A stretch of DNA of 64,000 bases from an uncultured Actinomycetota bacterium (GCA_963706835.1 CAVPOB010000040.1:28197-92196); one strand, 5' to 3'. Positions 9,866 through 22,310 are shown, counted from the stretch's first letter. Notes: generated by a model not told the origin, from the letters alone. Program-made: numbers and translations.

Positions 9866-12800
9866 TCAGGCACGCGCGGCCTCCATGACGGCCTCGATGG
9901 GATCGCGGCCCTCCAGCTCGGCCTGCGCCTGCGCCTGCAGGACGCGCTTGTAGTCCTGCGGCATGATCTTGCTGAAGCGGGCCAGCGCTGCGTCCGGGTC
10001 GGCCAGCAGCGCAGCGGCCACGGCGGACTCCGTCTCCTCGTGGTGGCGCCGGATCCGATCCAGGACGAACTCCCGGTCGGTGCTCGTCGAGCTCCTCGAC
10101 CTGCACCATCTCGGTGTTGACGCGGTCCCGGGCGCAGATCCAGCACGTAGGCGATCCCGCCGGACATGCCCGCGGCCATGTTGCGTCCGGTCTCGCCCAG
10201 GATGACCACGCGGCCGCCGGTCATGTACTCGCAGGCGTGGTCGCCGACACCCTCGACGACGGCGACGACGCCGGAGTTGCGCACGCAGAACCGCTCGCCC
10301 ACCTTGCCGCGCAGGAAGACCTCGCCCGCGGTGGCGCCGTAGCAGATGACGTTGCCGGCGATGATGTTGTCCTCGGCCACCAGGACCGCCGCAGCGGTCC
10401 GGCCGCACGACCAGCCGACCACCGGACAGCCCCTTGCCGAGGTAGTCGTTGGCGTCGCCCTCCAGCCGCATCGTGATCCCGGCCGGGACGAAAGCGCCGA
10501 ACGACTGGCCGGCCGAGCCGACCAGCGTCAGGTCGATCGTCCCGTCGGGCAGGCCCTGCGCATGACGGCGCGTGACCTCCGAGCCCAGCATCGTGCCCGA
10601 CCGTGCGGTTCACGTTGCGGATGCCGACCTGGGCCCGCACCGGTTCGCCGCGGTCCAGCGCCGGCCGGCAGATCTCGATGAGTTCGTTGTCCAGCGCCTT
10701 GTCCAGCCCGTGGTCCTGGGGCACCAGGCAGCGGCGCGGGTGATCGATCTGCGGCACGTGCAGGATCGGGGTCAGGTCCAGGCCGCTGGCCTTCCAGTGA
10801 TCGACGGCCTTGCGGGTGTCCAGCATCTCGGCGTGGCCGATCGCCTCATCCAGGGAGCGGAAGCCGAGGGCCGCCAGGTACTCGCGCACCTCCTCGGCGA
10901 CGAACTCGAAGTAGTTCTGCACGTACTCGGCCTGGCCGGCGAAGCGCTCCCGCAGGACCGGGTTCTGGGTGGCGATGCCGACCGGGCAGGTGTCGAGGTG
11001 GCAGACCCGCATCATGATGCAGCCCATGACCACCAGCGGAGCGGTGGCGAAGCCGTACTCCTCGGCACCCAGCAGCGCGGCGATCACCACGTCGCGACCG
11101 GTCTTCATCTGGCCGTCGGTCTGCACCACGACGCGGTCGCGCAACCGGTTCAGCAAGCAGCGTCTGCTGGGTCTCGGCCAGGCCGAGCTCCCACGGCGCG
11201 CCGGCGTGCTTCAGCGAGGTCAGCGGACTGGCCCCGGTGCCGCCGTCGTGGCCGGAGATGAGGATGACGTCGGCGTGGGCCTTCGACACGCCCGCCGCGA
11301 CCGTGCCGACCCCGACCTCAGCGACCAGCTTCACGTGGATCCGTGCATGCTTGTTGGCGTTCTTCAGGTCGTGGATCAGCTGGGCCAGATCCTCGATGGA
11401 GTAGATGTCGTGGTGCGGCGGTGGGCTGATCAGCCCCACACCGGGCGTGGAGTGCCGGGTCTTGGCGACCCACGGGTACACCTTGTGCCCGGGCAGCTGG
11501 CCGCCCTCGCCGGGCTTGGCCCCCTGCGCCATCTTGATCTGGATGTCGTCGGAGTTGACCAGGTACTGGCTGGTCACGCCGAAGCGGCCGGAGGCGACCT
11601 GCTTGATGGCCGAACGCTTGGAGTCGCCGTTGGGCAGCGGGGTGAAGCGCTCCGGATCCTCGCCGCCCTCGCCGGTGTTCGACTTGCCGCCGAGACGGTT
11701 CATCGCGATGGCCAGCGTCTCGTGCGCCTCGGCGGAGATGGAGCCGTAGGACATGGCGCCGGTGGAGAAGCGCTTGACGATCTCGCTGACGGGCTCGACC
11801 TCCTCGATCGGGCACCGGCGGTCGCACCCCTTCGGCGAAGGCGAACAGGCCGCGCAGCGTCATCAGCCGCGGCGATTCTGGTCGTCCACCTGTGGGTGTA
11901 GTCGCGGAAGATGTCGAACTGCTTGGTGCGCGTGGAGTGCTGCAGTTTGAAGACCGTCTCCGGATCGAACAGGTGCGGCTCGCCCTCGCGCCGCCACTGG
12001 TACTCGCCGCCGACCACCAGTCGCCGGTGGGCCGGGCTGATGCCGCTGGGCGGATAGGCCACCGCGTGGCGCTGCGCCACCTCCTCGGCCAGCACGTCGA
12101 GCCCGACACCGCCGAGCTTGCTCGTGGTGCCGGTGAAGTAGCGGTCGATGACTTCCTGCGACAGCCCGATCGCTTCGAAGATCTGCGCACCGCAGTACGA
12201 GGCGACGGTGGAGACGCCCATCTTGGACATCACCTTCAGCACGCCCTTGCCGAGCGCCTTGACCAGGTTGCGGACCGCCTTCTCCGGCGCGACGTCGCCG
12301 AGCCTGCCGGCCCGGGCCAGGTTCTCCACCGTCTCCATGGCCAGGTACGGGTTGACCGCCGCGGCGCCGTAGCCGATGAGCAGGGCGACGTGGTGCACCT
12401 CGCGCACGTCGCCGGCCTCCACGATGATGCCGACCATGGTCCGGGTCTTCTCCCGGACCAGGTGGTGGTGCACCGCCGACGGTGAGCAGCAGCGAAGGGA
12501 TCGGCGGCGTTCTCGGCGTCGCCGTCGCGCTGGGACAGGATGATGAACCGCTTGCCCTGGCGGATGAGGGCGTCGACCTCGTTGCAGATGGCGTCGATCG
12601 CGCCGACGCAGCGCCTCGCCCGCCGCCGTGCACCGGGTAGAGGCCGCTGCACCCGGGCGGCCGACAGCCCGGGCAGGTCGCCGTCGTCGTTGATGTGCAG
12701 CGAGCTTGGCCAGCTCGTCGTTGTCGATGACCGGGAAGGGCAGCCGGACCTGCCGGCACTGCTCGGGCTCGGTCTCCAGCAGGTTGCCCTCGGGGCCGAT

Positions 12801-14401
12801 GTAGGTCCCCAGCGAGGTGACGATCTCTTCCCGGATCGCGTCCAGCGGCGGGTTGGTGACCTGGGCGAACAGTTGGCTGAAGTAGTCGAAGATGTTGCGC
12901 GGCCGGTCGGAGATCGCCGCGATGGGCGTGTCGGTGCCCATCGAGCCGATCGGCTCCATGCCGTTCTTGGCCATCGGCGACAGCAGGATCCGCAACTCCT
13001 CCTCGGTGTAGCCGAAGGACTGCTGGCGGCGCAGCACCGACTCCCGGGAGTACACGATGTGCTCGCGCTCGGGCAGGTCGTCCAGGTGGATGACGCCGTT
13101 GGCCAGCCACTCGCCGTAGGGGTGCTCGGCGGCCAGCGAGGCCTTGATCTCATCGTCCTCCAGGATGCGGCCCTGCGCGGTGTCCACCAGGAACATGCGG
13201 CCCGGCTGCAGCCGGCCCTTGCGCACGACCGCTGGCCGGGTCGATGTCGAGCACGCCGGCCTCCGAGCCCAGGACGACCAGGCCGTCGTCGGTGACCCAG
13301 AAGCGGCCCGGACGCAGGCCGTTGCGGTCCAGCACGGCGCCGATGACGGTGCCGTCGGTGAAGGACACGTTGGCCGGGCCGTCCCACGGCTCCATGACGT
13401 GGCGTGGAACTCGTAGAACGCCCGCCGGTCCGGGTCCATCTCGGTGTGGTTCTCCCACGCCTCCGGGATCATCATGAGCACCGCGTGCGGCAGGCTGCGC
13501 CCGCCGAGGTGCAGCAGTTCCAGCACCTCGTCGAAGGACGCGGAGTCCGAGGCGCCGGGGGTGCAGATCGGGTAGAGCCGGGACAGGTCGCCGGGGATCA
13601 GGTCGGAGGTCAGCATCGCCTCGCGGGCCCGCATCCAGTTGCGGTTGCCCATCACGGTGTTGATCTCGCCGTTGTGGGCGATCATCCGGTACGGGTGCGC
13701 CAGCGGCCAGGAGGGGAAGGTGTTGGTCGAGAACCGCGAGTGCACCAGGCCGATCGCCGAGACGACGCGCTCGTCGGACAGGTCCGGGAAGAACGGCTCC
13801 AACTGGCCGGTCGTCAGCATCCCCTTGTAGACGAGGGTGCGGCTGCTCAAGCGAGGGGAAGTAGACGTCGGCCTCGCGCTCGGCGCGCTTGCGCAGCGCG
13901 AAGGCGAGCCGGTCCAGGGCGAGGCCGGAGGTGCCCGGCCCGGCGCCGTGACGAACAACTGCTGGAAGTCCGGCATCACGGCGGCGGCGGTCGAACCCGA
14001 CCAGTTCGGCGCGGTGCGGCACGTCGCGCCATCCCAGCACGGTGAGCCCCTCGTCGGCCGCGATCGCCTCGATGGCGCCTCCGGACCGCGCCTGCGCGGC
14101 ATCCTCGCGCGGCAGGAACGCGGTGCCGACGGCGTACTCGCCCTGCGGCCGGCAGCTCGAAGTCGACCACGGCCCGCAGGAACTCGTCGGGGACCTGCAG
14201 CAGGATGCCGGCGCCGTCACCGCTGTCCGGCTCGGCGCCGGAGGCCCCGCGGTGCTCCAGGTTCGTCAGCGCGGTGATGGCCAGCTCGACGATGCGGTGG
14301 CTGCGCTCCCCCGACATCTGGGCGACGAATGCCACACCGCACGCGTCGTGCTCGTAGCGGGGGTCGTACAGCCCAGTGGGCGCTGGCGTGGCTGAGAACA
14401 T
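9866..14401 (-). pseudogene. gltB: glutamate synthase large subunit; about 15 or more frame breaks as sequenced
   Basis: [28 protein letters not shown] (ATG 14401, GGAGGA 6 nt upstream) continues through family-typical blocks ([115 protein letters not shown]). These alternate among ORFs 13976..14803, 13150..14220, 11700..14102, 12236..13387, 11863..13110, 11318..12190, 10846..11754, 10221..11156, 9866..10591, 9787..10422 and 9132..10109. Confidence 0.92.
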
Positions 14402-14501
14402 GGACGGTCCTCCGGAGAAAGGGGCGCGGAGACCGCAAGAGATCGGGATCGACCGCGCGCAACAGCTGAGGCGTGGCGGGACGACACTGGCCCGTCGCGC
14501 C

Positions 14502-14530
14502 ATGATAGGCGATGGCGCCAGCGCCGCAAA
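14502..14530 (-). promoter_or_regulatory. candidate gltB promoter (-35 TTTGCG, 17-nt spacer, -10 TATCAT)
   Basis: The minus strand reads TTTGCG (plus 14525-14530), a 17-nt spacer, then TATCAT (plus 14502-14507), about 100 nt upstream of the gltB start. Based on hexamer pattern only. Confidence 0.3.
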
Positions 14531-14553
14531 GATCGCGGTCACGGCTGCAGCCG

Positions 14554-15345
14554 CTACCGCGCCTCCGCCAGGAAGCGCAACCGGCAGTAGTCCACGTGCC
14601 ATCCGCCGTCCGCCAGACCCGCTGCTGCGGCACGGCGGTTCACGCTGGCCGCCAGCGGGGAGGCCAGCTCGCCGGGGACCGCCGACCACACCCGGGCACG
14701 GAAATGGCGGGTCCAGTCCGCGGCAGTCAGCCCGGCGGCCAGCGGCGTCGGCCGCTCGAACCACCGCAGTTCGCGCACCCGGAAGCCCGCGTCCTCCAGC
14801 CACTGCGCCTGTTCGCCCGGGGTCGGGAAGGTGTTGCCGACCAGCAGCGTCGGCGGCAGGCCGACATCGGACAGCGCGCCGCGCAGGGCGGCATCGATGG
14901 CCGCCACGTTGCCCGCTCCACCGAGCTCGGCGGCGAATCGGGCCCCGGGTCGCAGGACGCCGCGCACGGCACGCGCGGCCAGATCCCCGCGCGGCATCCA
15001 GTGCAGCGCCGCGTTGCTGAGGGCCGCATCGAACGGCGCGGACTCGCCCAGCGACGCCAGCGACATGCGCTGGGCATCGCCGACGACGAACCGCACGCCG
15101 GCGTGGTCGCTGCGGGCGGCTGTGACCATCTCCTCAGAGGCGTCCACGCCGACCACGCGGATGGCCCCCGCCCGCTGCAGGGCGGCCGTGAGGTGCCCGG
15201 TTCCGCAGCCGACGTCGAGGACCGATGCACCGATCAGCGGCCCGAGCAGGTCGATCAGCTCGCCGCCAAGGTCGGTGACGAAGCCGAAGCTGCGATCGTA
15301 GGCGCCCGGATCCCAGTCGTTGTTCGCCGCGACCGGCTCGATCAC
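14554..15345 (-). CDS. class I SAM-dependent methyltransferase
   Basis: C-terminal 263 aa of ORF 14554..16383: [23 protein letters not shown]...[12 protein letters not shown] (motif I)...[10 protein letters not shown]...[16 protein letters not shown] 15345 overlaps the lgt stop (GTGA). Confidence 0.85.
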   Translation of the reverse strand: MIEPVAANNDWDPGAYDRSFGFVTDLGGELIDLLGPLIGASVLDVGCGTGHLTAALQRAGAIRVVGVDASEEMVTAARSDHAGVRFVVGDAQRMSLASLGESAPFDAALSNAALHWMPRGDLAARAVRGVLRPGARFAAELGGAGNVAAIDAALRGALSDVGLPPTLLVGNTFPTPGEQAQWLEDAGFRVRELRWFERPTPLAAGLTAADWTRHFRARVWSAVPGELASPLAASVNRRAAAAGLADGGWHVDYCRLRFLAEAR

Positions 15346-16296
15346 GGGTCCCGGCCGCTGGGCGGGGCGCCGGAATCCGACTGCGCCGGTGCGGAGGCGT
15401 CGGCCGACCCCGTCGCCGCGGCGTCGTCGGCAGCATCTGCGGTCACCGGTGCCGGGGCATCCGGGTCCGGCTCGGTGTACGCCAACCGCCCCGGATGGCG
15501 CCGGGCGCTGATGATGATGTACACCACCGCGGCGATACCGACGATGATCGAGGTCCAGATGTTCAGCCGCAGGCCGAGCACCGTGTTCACCGTGTCGATG
15601 CGCAGCGCCTCGATCCACACCCGGCCCGAGCAGTACAGCGCGACGTAGAGGGCGAACAGGCGCCCGTACCCGATCCGCCAGCGACGGTCGGCCCACAGCA
15701 GCACGAAGAAGACGCCGAAGTTCCACAGCGACTCGTACAGGAACGTGGCGTGGAACGTCTCGAACTCCTCGTAGCCCGGCGGCCGGTTTCCAGGATCGAT
15801 CTCCACCGCCCAGGGCAGGTCGGACGGCCGGCCGAACAGCTCCTGGTTGAGGTAGTTGCCCCATCGCCCGATGGCCTGCGCCAGGACCAGCGATGGCGCG
15901 ACCGCATCGGCGAAGTGCGACAACGGGATGCCGCGCCGACGGCACGCGATGGCGCCGCCGAGGAACCCGCCGGCGACCGCTCCCCAGATCCCGAGGCCGC
16001 CGTTCCAGATCTGCACCGCGCCGACGATCCCAGAACCGCCGTCGGCGAAGTAGAGCTGCCAGTCGGTGACCACGTGGTAGAGCCGGGCGCCGATGATGCC
16101 GAACGGGATCGCCCACAGGGCGACGTCGTAGACGGTCCCGGGTCGGCCGCCGCGCTGCTGCCAACGCCGGTTGGCCACGATCAGCCCGACGACCATGCCG
16201 AGCAGGATCATCAGCGCGTAGCCGCGCATCGGCACCGGTCCGAGGATCCACGTCCCCTGCTCCGGGGAGGGGATGCTGGCGCGGCAGCAGGATCAC
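15342..16296 (-). CDS. lgt: prolipoprotein diacylglyceryl transferase (the N-terminal about 20 codons need one frame correction)
   Basis: ORF 15342..16235 carries GRWGNYLNQELFG and multiple TM segments. The conserved N-terminal IPSPEQGTWILGPVPMRGYAL continues upstream of the ORF-track Met but has no in-frame start. GTG 16296 (VILLPR..) fits after removal of 1 nt near 16275-16285. Confidence 0.85.
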
Positions 16297-17108
16297 TGGG
16301 CCGCGCCTCCGTCGATCAGCTCGCTGCAGCTTGGCCGGATCGACGACGTCGGCGGTGTCGACCGGCTCGCCGTCGATGAGCACCGTGGGGGTCCCGCCGA
16401 TGCCGTTGGTGTAGAACTCCTCGGTGGAGTTGGTGGTCCAGGGCAGGTAGACCCGGTCGGTGAAGCACTGGCTCGAAGGTCGTCAAGTCGTCCCCGGTGA
16501 TGCCGACCTGCTCGGCAAAACCGATGAGCTGCTCGTCGGTCCAGCCGTCGCCCTCGCGCTCGGGCTGGTTGGCGAAGACCGTGGACTTGTAGACCTCGCC
16601 CTGCCCGGCGTCGACGGCGCACCCGTAGGCGGCGGCAGCACGGCGGGAGTGGTCGGTGGCCAGGCTGCGGTCCAGGAAGGTCGTCACGCGGGTGACCAGC
16701 AGGATCTGACCATCGTCGGCGCGTTGCCGCAGGTCTGCGCCGACGGCCGCCTCGAAGGACCCGCAGGCCGGGCACTGGAAGTCCTCCCAGACCTCCAGCG
16801 TCGTGGCATCCGGGTCCGAGCCGTAGGGGATGCCGTAGGCGAGCTCGTCGCCGGACGGGAAGCCGCCGGCTCGGCACCGCAGCGCTGGGGTCGACGACTG
16901 CGCCGGACTCCTGCTTGGTCTGGTTGGAGAAGATCAGGGCACCGCCGACGATGCCGCCCACCACGAGGAGGACCACCGCGGCGATGGCGATGTTGATCGT
17001 GCGCTGCCGGCGCTTCTCCGCGGCTTCCGCGGCCGCGCGAGCCGCGGCGGACTTCTCCCGGGCCGTCTTGGCCGAACTTGTCGGCTTCGGCTTGCTCTTG
17101 TTGCCCAC
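16293..17108 (-). pseudogene. membrane-anchored DsbA-family thioredoxin-like protein; at least 3 frame breaks
   Basis: VGNKSKPKPTSSAKTAREK..INIAIAAVVLLVVGGIVGGALIF (GTG 17108, GGGAGAGGGAG upstream), then WEDFQCPAC-type region, MTTFLDRSLATDHSRRAAAAYGCAVDAG...ANQPEREGDGWTDEQLIGFAEQVGI, then GGTPTVLIDGEPVD. Fragments lie in ORFs 16293..17186, 16316..16687 and the start of 14554..16383. Confidence 0.7.
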
Positions 17109-17228
17109 TGGGTGCTCCCTCTCCCGTGCCCGCGGGATCGAATCCTGCCGTCCATCATGCGGTGCCACCGCCTGCGCCCAAAACACTGTGCCCAGCGTGT
17201 CGGCCGGTCGCGGCGGGTCCCGACGCTA

Positions 17229-18039
17229 CTGCGAGGCCCGTCCCCGCACTCCGGCCGCCAGCTCGGCTCGCCAGATCCGCCACACCGCGCGCCGCCTCGG
17301 CCGGGTGCGCCGCCTCCAGCACCCGGCGCACGAACGCCGAACCCACGATCACGCCGTCGGCGTAGCCGGCGACCTCTGCCGCCTGAGCGCCGGTCGACAC
17401 CCCCAGGCCCTACGGCGATGGGCAGGCTGGTGTGCTGGCGCAGCCGCGCCACCAGGGTCTCGGCCCCGCGCTGGAGACCGACGGTCCGGGTGCCCGTGAC
17501 GCCCATGATGGATGCTGCATAGACGAAGCCACTGGAGGCTCGGCACACCGCCTCGAGCCGCTCCTCGGGGACTGACCGGCGCTGCCAGGAAGATCCGGTC
17601 GATGCCCGCGTCGTCGGTGGCCCGCGCCCAATCTGCGGCTTCCTCCACGGTCAGGTCGGGGGTGATGACGCCCACTCCGCCGCGCTGGGCCAGGGCCTTG
17701 GCGAAGCGCGTCAGCCCCGTACTGCTCGATCGGGTTCCAGTACGACATCACCACGATCGGTGCACCAGTGGTGGCGGCGCCGGCCACGACATCGAGGACG
17801 GCCTCGGTGGTGGCCCCGCCGGCCAGCGCGATCTCGGCCGCCCGCTGGATGACCGGCCCGTCCATCAGCGGATCGGAGTACGGCAGGCCCACCTCGACGA
17901 TGTCGACCCCGTTCTCGACCATCGCCGCGATCAGGGACACCGAGTCCGGCACGCTGGGGAACCCGGCCGGCAGGTACCCGATCAGCGCTGCCCGGTCCTC
18001 TGCCTTGGCTGCAGCGAAGGTCTCATGCAGCAGACTCAC
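17229..18039 (-). pseudogene. trpA: tryptophan synthase alpha chain; about 4 frame breaks
   Basis: [46 protein letters not shown] (ORF 17410..18039), GVITPDLTVEEA (17349..17675), SSGFVYAASIMGVTG (16934..17548) and STGAQAAEVAGYADGVIVGSAFV (17155..17400). The 3' end is inferred. Confidence 0.88.
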
Positions 18040-19266
18040 TCAGCGGCCCTCCTTGACCTGGGCATCCTCGGCATCGCTCGAGCAGATCGAAGTACCGCGC
18101 TGCCGTCGCCACGTCCTTGTCGCCCCGGCCCGACAGGTTCACCACGATCACGGCATCGGGGCCGAGCTCGCGGCCCAGCCGCATCGCACCGGCGAGGGCG
18201 TGCGCGGATTCGATGGCGGGGATGATGCCCTCGGTACGGCACAGCAGCCGGAACGCTGCCATCGCCTCGTCGTCGCCGACCGGCTCGTACTGCGCGCGAC
18301 CGCTCTCGTAGAGGAAGGCGTGCTCCGGTCCCACCCCGGGATAGTCCAGGCCGGCGCTGATGGAGTGGGTGGGTCGCGTCTGACCGTACTCGTCCTGCAG
18401 GACGTAGGTCCGCGCGCCGTGCAGCACGCCCGGGCTGCCGCCGGCGAACCGGGCCGCGTGCCGGCCGGGCTGCAGCGACTCCCCGCCGGCCTCGTAGCCG
18501 ACCAGCCGCACATCGTCGTCGCAGGAATCCGGCAGAACAGGCCCATCGCGTTGCTGCCGCCGCCGACGCAAGCGATGGCGGCGTCGGGCAGCCTGCCGAT
18601 CAGATCCAGCACTTGCTGCCGGGCCTCGCAACCGATGATGGACTGGAAATACGCCACGATCTGGGGGAAGGGGTGTGGCCCGGTGACCGTGCCGAGCAGG
18701 TAGTGCGTGTCGGCAACGTTGGTGACCCAGTCGCGCATCGCCTCGTTGATGGCGTCCTTCAACGTGGCCGAGCCGATCTCGACGGGAACGACCTGCGCCC
18801 CCAGCAACTGCATCCGCACCACGTTCAGCGCCTGCCGGCGGGTGTCCTCCGCGCCCATGTAGACCACGCAGTCGAGGCCGAACATGGCTGCGGCGGTGGC
18901 GGTGGCGACACCGTGCTGGCCCGCTCCGGTCTCCGCGATGACCCTGCGCTTGCCCATCCGGATGGTGAGCAGGGCCTGGCCCAGCACGTTGTTGATCTTG
19001 TGCGAGCCGGTGTGGTTGAGATCCTCCCGCTTCAGCAGGATGCGGGCGCCGCCGCAGTGCTCGGAGAAGCGGGTGGCATCGGTCAACGGGCTCGGGCGAC
19101 CGGTCACGGTGCGCTGCAAACGCTCGAGTTCGGCGGCGAATGCGGCGTCGGTGCGCGCCTCATCGAAGGCTGCGGCGAGTTCGTCGAGGGCCGGCACCAG
19201 GGCCTCCGGGACGAACCTGCCCCCGTACTGGCCGAAGTGCGCGGCCTCGGTAGCGCTGCTGGTCAT
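18040..19266 (-). pseudogene. trpB: tryptophan synthase beta chain; 2 frame breaks
   Basis: [23 protein letters not shown]...[14 protein letters not shown]...[10 protein letters not shown] (ORF 18148..19284), then [13 protein letters not shown]...[15 protein letters not shown]...NLSGRGDKD (ORF 18023..18631). Breaks are near 18555 and 18085. The stop sits immediately before the trpA GTG. Confidence 0.92.
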
Positions 19267-19300
19267 GACACCAGTGTGACGCACCCGGCCCGCGGGGGCG

Positions 19301-20110
19301 TCACTCCGACTGCGGCATGACCGAAGGGTGACTGCCGGCGGTCACCAGATCGTGCACCGCGGCCTGCGGATCGGGCGCGGTCGCCACTGCTTCCCCGACC
19401 AGCACGGCGTCGGCGCCGTGGTGGGCGTAGGCGAGCAGATCGTGCGGCCCGCGGACGCCGGACTCGGCGATCTTGACCCCGCCGGCGGGAATCGCCGGAG
19501 CGACCCGGGCGAAGGTCTCCCGGTCCACCTCCAGCGTGCGCAGGTTGCGGGCGTTGACGCCGTACAGCGTCGCCCCGGCGGCCGCAGCGCGCTCCACCTC
19601 GGCCACGTCGTGCACCTCCACCAACGGGTGCAAGCCGATACTGCGGGCCCGTTCCACCAGGCTCACCAGCGCCTCCTGGTCCAGGGCGGCGACGATGAGC
19701 AGCACCAGATCCGCGCCGTAGGCCCGCGCCTCCCACAACTGGTAGGAGCTGACGATGAAGTCCTTGCGCAGGATCGGAACGTCCACCGCATGACGCACCG
19801 CCGCCAGGTCGGCCAGGCTGCCGTGGAACCTGCGCTCCTCGGTGAGCACCGAGATGCAGTGCGCGCCCCCCGCCTCGTACTGCCGCGCCAGTTCCCCGGG
19901 ATCGGGGATGGCGGCCAGGTCACCGGCGCTCGGGCTGGCCCGCTTCACTTCGGCGATCACGCGCACGCCGCCGCCGCGCAGGATGGATTCAGCGTCGCGA
20001 ACCTGCGGCATCCGGGCCGCCTGCTCCTTCAACTCCTCCAGATCCACCGCCGCCATGCGATCGGCGAGGTCGGCCCGAACGCCGACGAGGATGGAGTCCA
20101 GCACAGACAC
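19301..20110 (-). CDS. trpC: indole-3-glycerol-phosphate synthase
   Basis: [15 protein letters not shown]...[13 protein letters not shown]...[13 protein letters not shown]...ILRKDFI. GTG 20110 has GAAGGGGGGAG upstream. This is the C-terminal 269 aa of ORF 19301..20350. Confidence 0.92.
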   Translation of the reverse strand: MSVLDSILVGVRADLADRMAAVDLEELKEQAARMPQVRDAESILRGGGVRVIAEVKRASPSAGDLAAIPDPGELARQYEAGGAHCISVLTEERRFHGSLADLAAVRHAVDVPILRKDFIVSSYQLWEARAYGADLVLLIVAALDQEALVSLVERARSIGLHPLVEVHDVAEVERAAAAGATLYGVNARNLRTLEVDRETFARVAPAIPAGGVKIAESGVRGPHDLLAYAHHGADAVLVGEAVATAPDPQAAVHDLVTAGSHPSVMPQSE

Positions 20111-20177
20111 CCCGCTCCCCCCTTCGCCGTAGGTTGTTGCAGCGTATCCGCCGCAGATGCCCAACTCAGGGGTGGGG

Positions 20178-21575
20178 TCACGGGTCGTGCGGCAGCGCCG
20201 AGGGCAGCCGGACCGTGAAGGCGGCGCCCCCCTCCGGAGCGGTTCCGGCCGAGGCGGATCCGCCCAAGCGGTCGGCAAGCCGACCCACCAGCGCCAGCCC
20301 GACGCCGGAACTGACCGGGCGCACGCCGCGGTAGCGCGTGTAGAGGACACCGGGTTCGAAGGCCTCCTGGAAGTCCTGGTCGGTCAGGCCCGGGCCGGAG
20401 TCGCGCACCTCGATGGTCGCGGCCGCATCCCCGGAGCGCAGCGCCAGCACGATGAGGCCACCGCCGGGCGTGACGCGCAGGGCGTTCTCCGCCAGATTGT
20501 CGATGATCTGCCGCACCCGGTCAGCGTCGGTGGTGACCACCACCTCCTGCCGCGGCAGCTCCACCGACAGCCGCACCCCCTCACGCTGGCAGCGGTCCCG
20601 CCATACTGCGCCGGCGGCCGCGACCAGCGCGCGCAAATCGGTCGGCTCGCGCTCGATGCGCAGCTCCGAGGCGCCCAGCCGGGACAGGTCCAACAGATCG
20701 GTGACCAGGCGCTCCAGCCGGCGCGACTCCGCCAGCATCAGGGCACCCGTGCGCGGCGTGTCGTCGCCGGTCACCACACCGTCGGCCAGGGCCTCGGCGT
20801 AGCCGGCCACAGCGGTCAAAGGCGTGCGCAGTTCGTGCGAGACCGACAGCAGGAAATCGCGCTGCCGACCCTCGCTGAGATCCAGCGCCGCCGCCAGCCG
20901 ATTCACGACGTCCGCGATCTCGGCCACCTCGGTCGGGCCATCGGTGGGGACGGTGACATCCCGGCGGCCGGCGACCAGTTGCTCGGCGCCATCCGCGGCG
21001 CGGCGCAACGGGAGCGTCACCCGACGGCCGGCGAACAGCGCAACCAGGACCGCCACGGCCAGTCCCGCGACGACCGACAGGAGCAACCGTTGGAACGTCG
21101 GCTGGCTCAGCTCGCCGGACACCGCTGCGTCCGCCGCCAGCAGCACGCCGCCGTCGCTCACCGGTCTGCCCTCGATGAGGATCGTCGCCCCATCGAGGTT
21201 GATCGTGGTCGAGACCGACTCGCCGCGCAGCAACGGCGCGACGACTTCCTCCGGAACGCCTTGCGGCAGCGCTGTGCGCGGCCCGACGACGAAGGCCCGC
21301 ACCTCCTGCAGCGCCAGCAGGTCGTTGAGCCGCAGCACGGCGCCCGGCCGCGGGTTCTGCAGGGTGGCGGCTGCGATGTCGGCGGCGCTGACCAGGGTGG
21401 CGCGGGCCTGCTCGACAAGCGTGGTGCGGATCATCGCCAACGAGACGGCCAGGGTGACCACGGCCGTGATGAGGGCCGCCGCTACTGCCACACCGATCGT
21501 GCGCGCCGTGATCGAGTTCCACCGCCGGCCGGTGCGCCGGATCGGCCGGCCCGCCCCGTTGCCGGACCTGCTCAA
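20178..21575 (-). CDS. two-component sensor histidine kinase (2 TM, HAMP, HisKA, HATPase_c)
   Basis: Intact 465-aa ORF with H box [17 protein letters not shown] box [13 protein letters not shown]1 RDSGPGL and G2 SGVGLALV. The start overlaps the regulator stop. Confidence 0.9.
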   Translation of the reverse strand: MSRSGNGAGRPIRRTGRRWNSITARTIGVAVAAALITAVVTLAVSLAMIRTTLVEQARATLVSAADIAAATLQNPRPGAVLRLNDLLALQEVRAFVVGPRTALPQGVPEEVVAPLLRGESVSTTINLDGATILIEGRPVSDGGVLLAADAAVSGELSQPTFQRLLLSVVAGLAVAVLVALFAGRRVTLPLRRAADGAEQLVAGRRDVTVPTDGPTEVAEIADVVNRLAAALDLSEGRQRDFLLSVSHELRTPLTAVAGYAEALADGVVTGDDTPRTGALMLAESRRLERLVTDLLDLSRLGASELRIEREPTDLRALVAAAGAVWRDRCQREGVRLSVELPRQEVVVTTDADRVRQIIDNLAENALRVTPGGGLIVLALRSGDAAATIEVRDSGPGLTDQDFQEAFEPGVLYTRYRGVRPVSSGVGLALVGRLADRLGGSASAGTAPEGGAAFTVRLPSALPHDP

Positions 21576-22279
21576 CGGCCGTCCCCGGCGGCGTACCCGA
21601 CGCCCCGCACGGTCCGGATCGGGCTGGCATCGCCGAGCTTGGCCCGGACCTGGGCGACGTGCACGTCCACGGTGCGGGTATTGACCAGCGACGCGTACCC
21701 CCAGACCTGCGTGAGCAGCTCCTCACGGGAGAAGACCCGGCCCGGGCTGGCCAGCAGGTGCTCCAGCAGATCGAACTCCGTGGCGGTCAGGGAAATCGGC
21801 TCGCCGTCGGCGGTCACCGCCCGGGTACGGCGGTCCAGCACGACCCGCCCCACTGTGACCGAATCGGTTGGGGTCGCGGGTCCGGCTGCGTGCCGCATCG
21901 CGACCTTCACGCGGGCGACCACCTCGCGCGGTGAGAACGGCTTGGTGATGTAGTCGTCCCCGCCCAGTTCCAGGCCGAGCACCCGATCGATCTCGTCGTC
22001 GCGCGCGGTGCAGAACAGCACTGGCGTCCAGTCCTGGTCGGCGCGCAGGCGGCGGACGACCTCGGTCCCGTCCATCGTGGGCAGCCCGACATCCATGATG
22101 ACCGCCGATGGCCGCAGTCGCCGGATGTCGGCCAGCGCCTGCGCGCCATCGGCGACGGTGTGGACGGAGAAACCGTCCCGCGTCAGGTACAAGCGCAGCA
22201 GGTCGGCGATGGCGGGCTCGTCCTCCACGACGACCACCCGCCCGCGCGAGCCCGCCGTGCCGGCGTTCATAGAGGACAT
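21572..22279 (-). CDS. OmpR/PhoB-family response regulator
   Basis: Intact 235-aa ORF with a receiver domain (VVVVEDEPAIADLL..MDVGLPTMDG..KPFSPRE) and a winged helix (LTATEFDLLEHLL..RTVDVHVAQVRAKL). Confidence 0.92.
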   Translation of the reverse strand: MSSMNAGTAGSRGRVVVVEDEPAIADLLRLYLTRDGFSVHTVADGAQALADIRRLRPSAVIMDVGLPTMDGTEVVRRLRADQDWTPVLFCTARDDEIDRVLGLELGGDDYITKPFSPREVVARVKVAMRHAAGPATPTDSVTVGRVVLDRRTRAVTADGEPISLTATEFDLLEHLLASPGRVFSREELLTQVWGYASLVNTRTVDVHVAQVRAKLGDASPIRTVRGVGYAAGDGR

Positions 22280-22310
22280 GGTGCCGCTCGGGGAATGCTC
22301 GGGAACGGAT

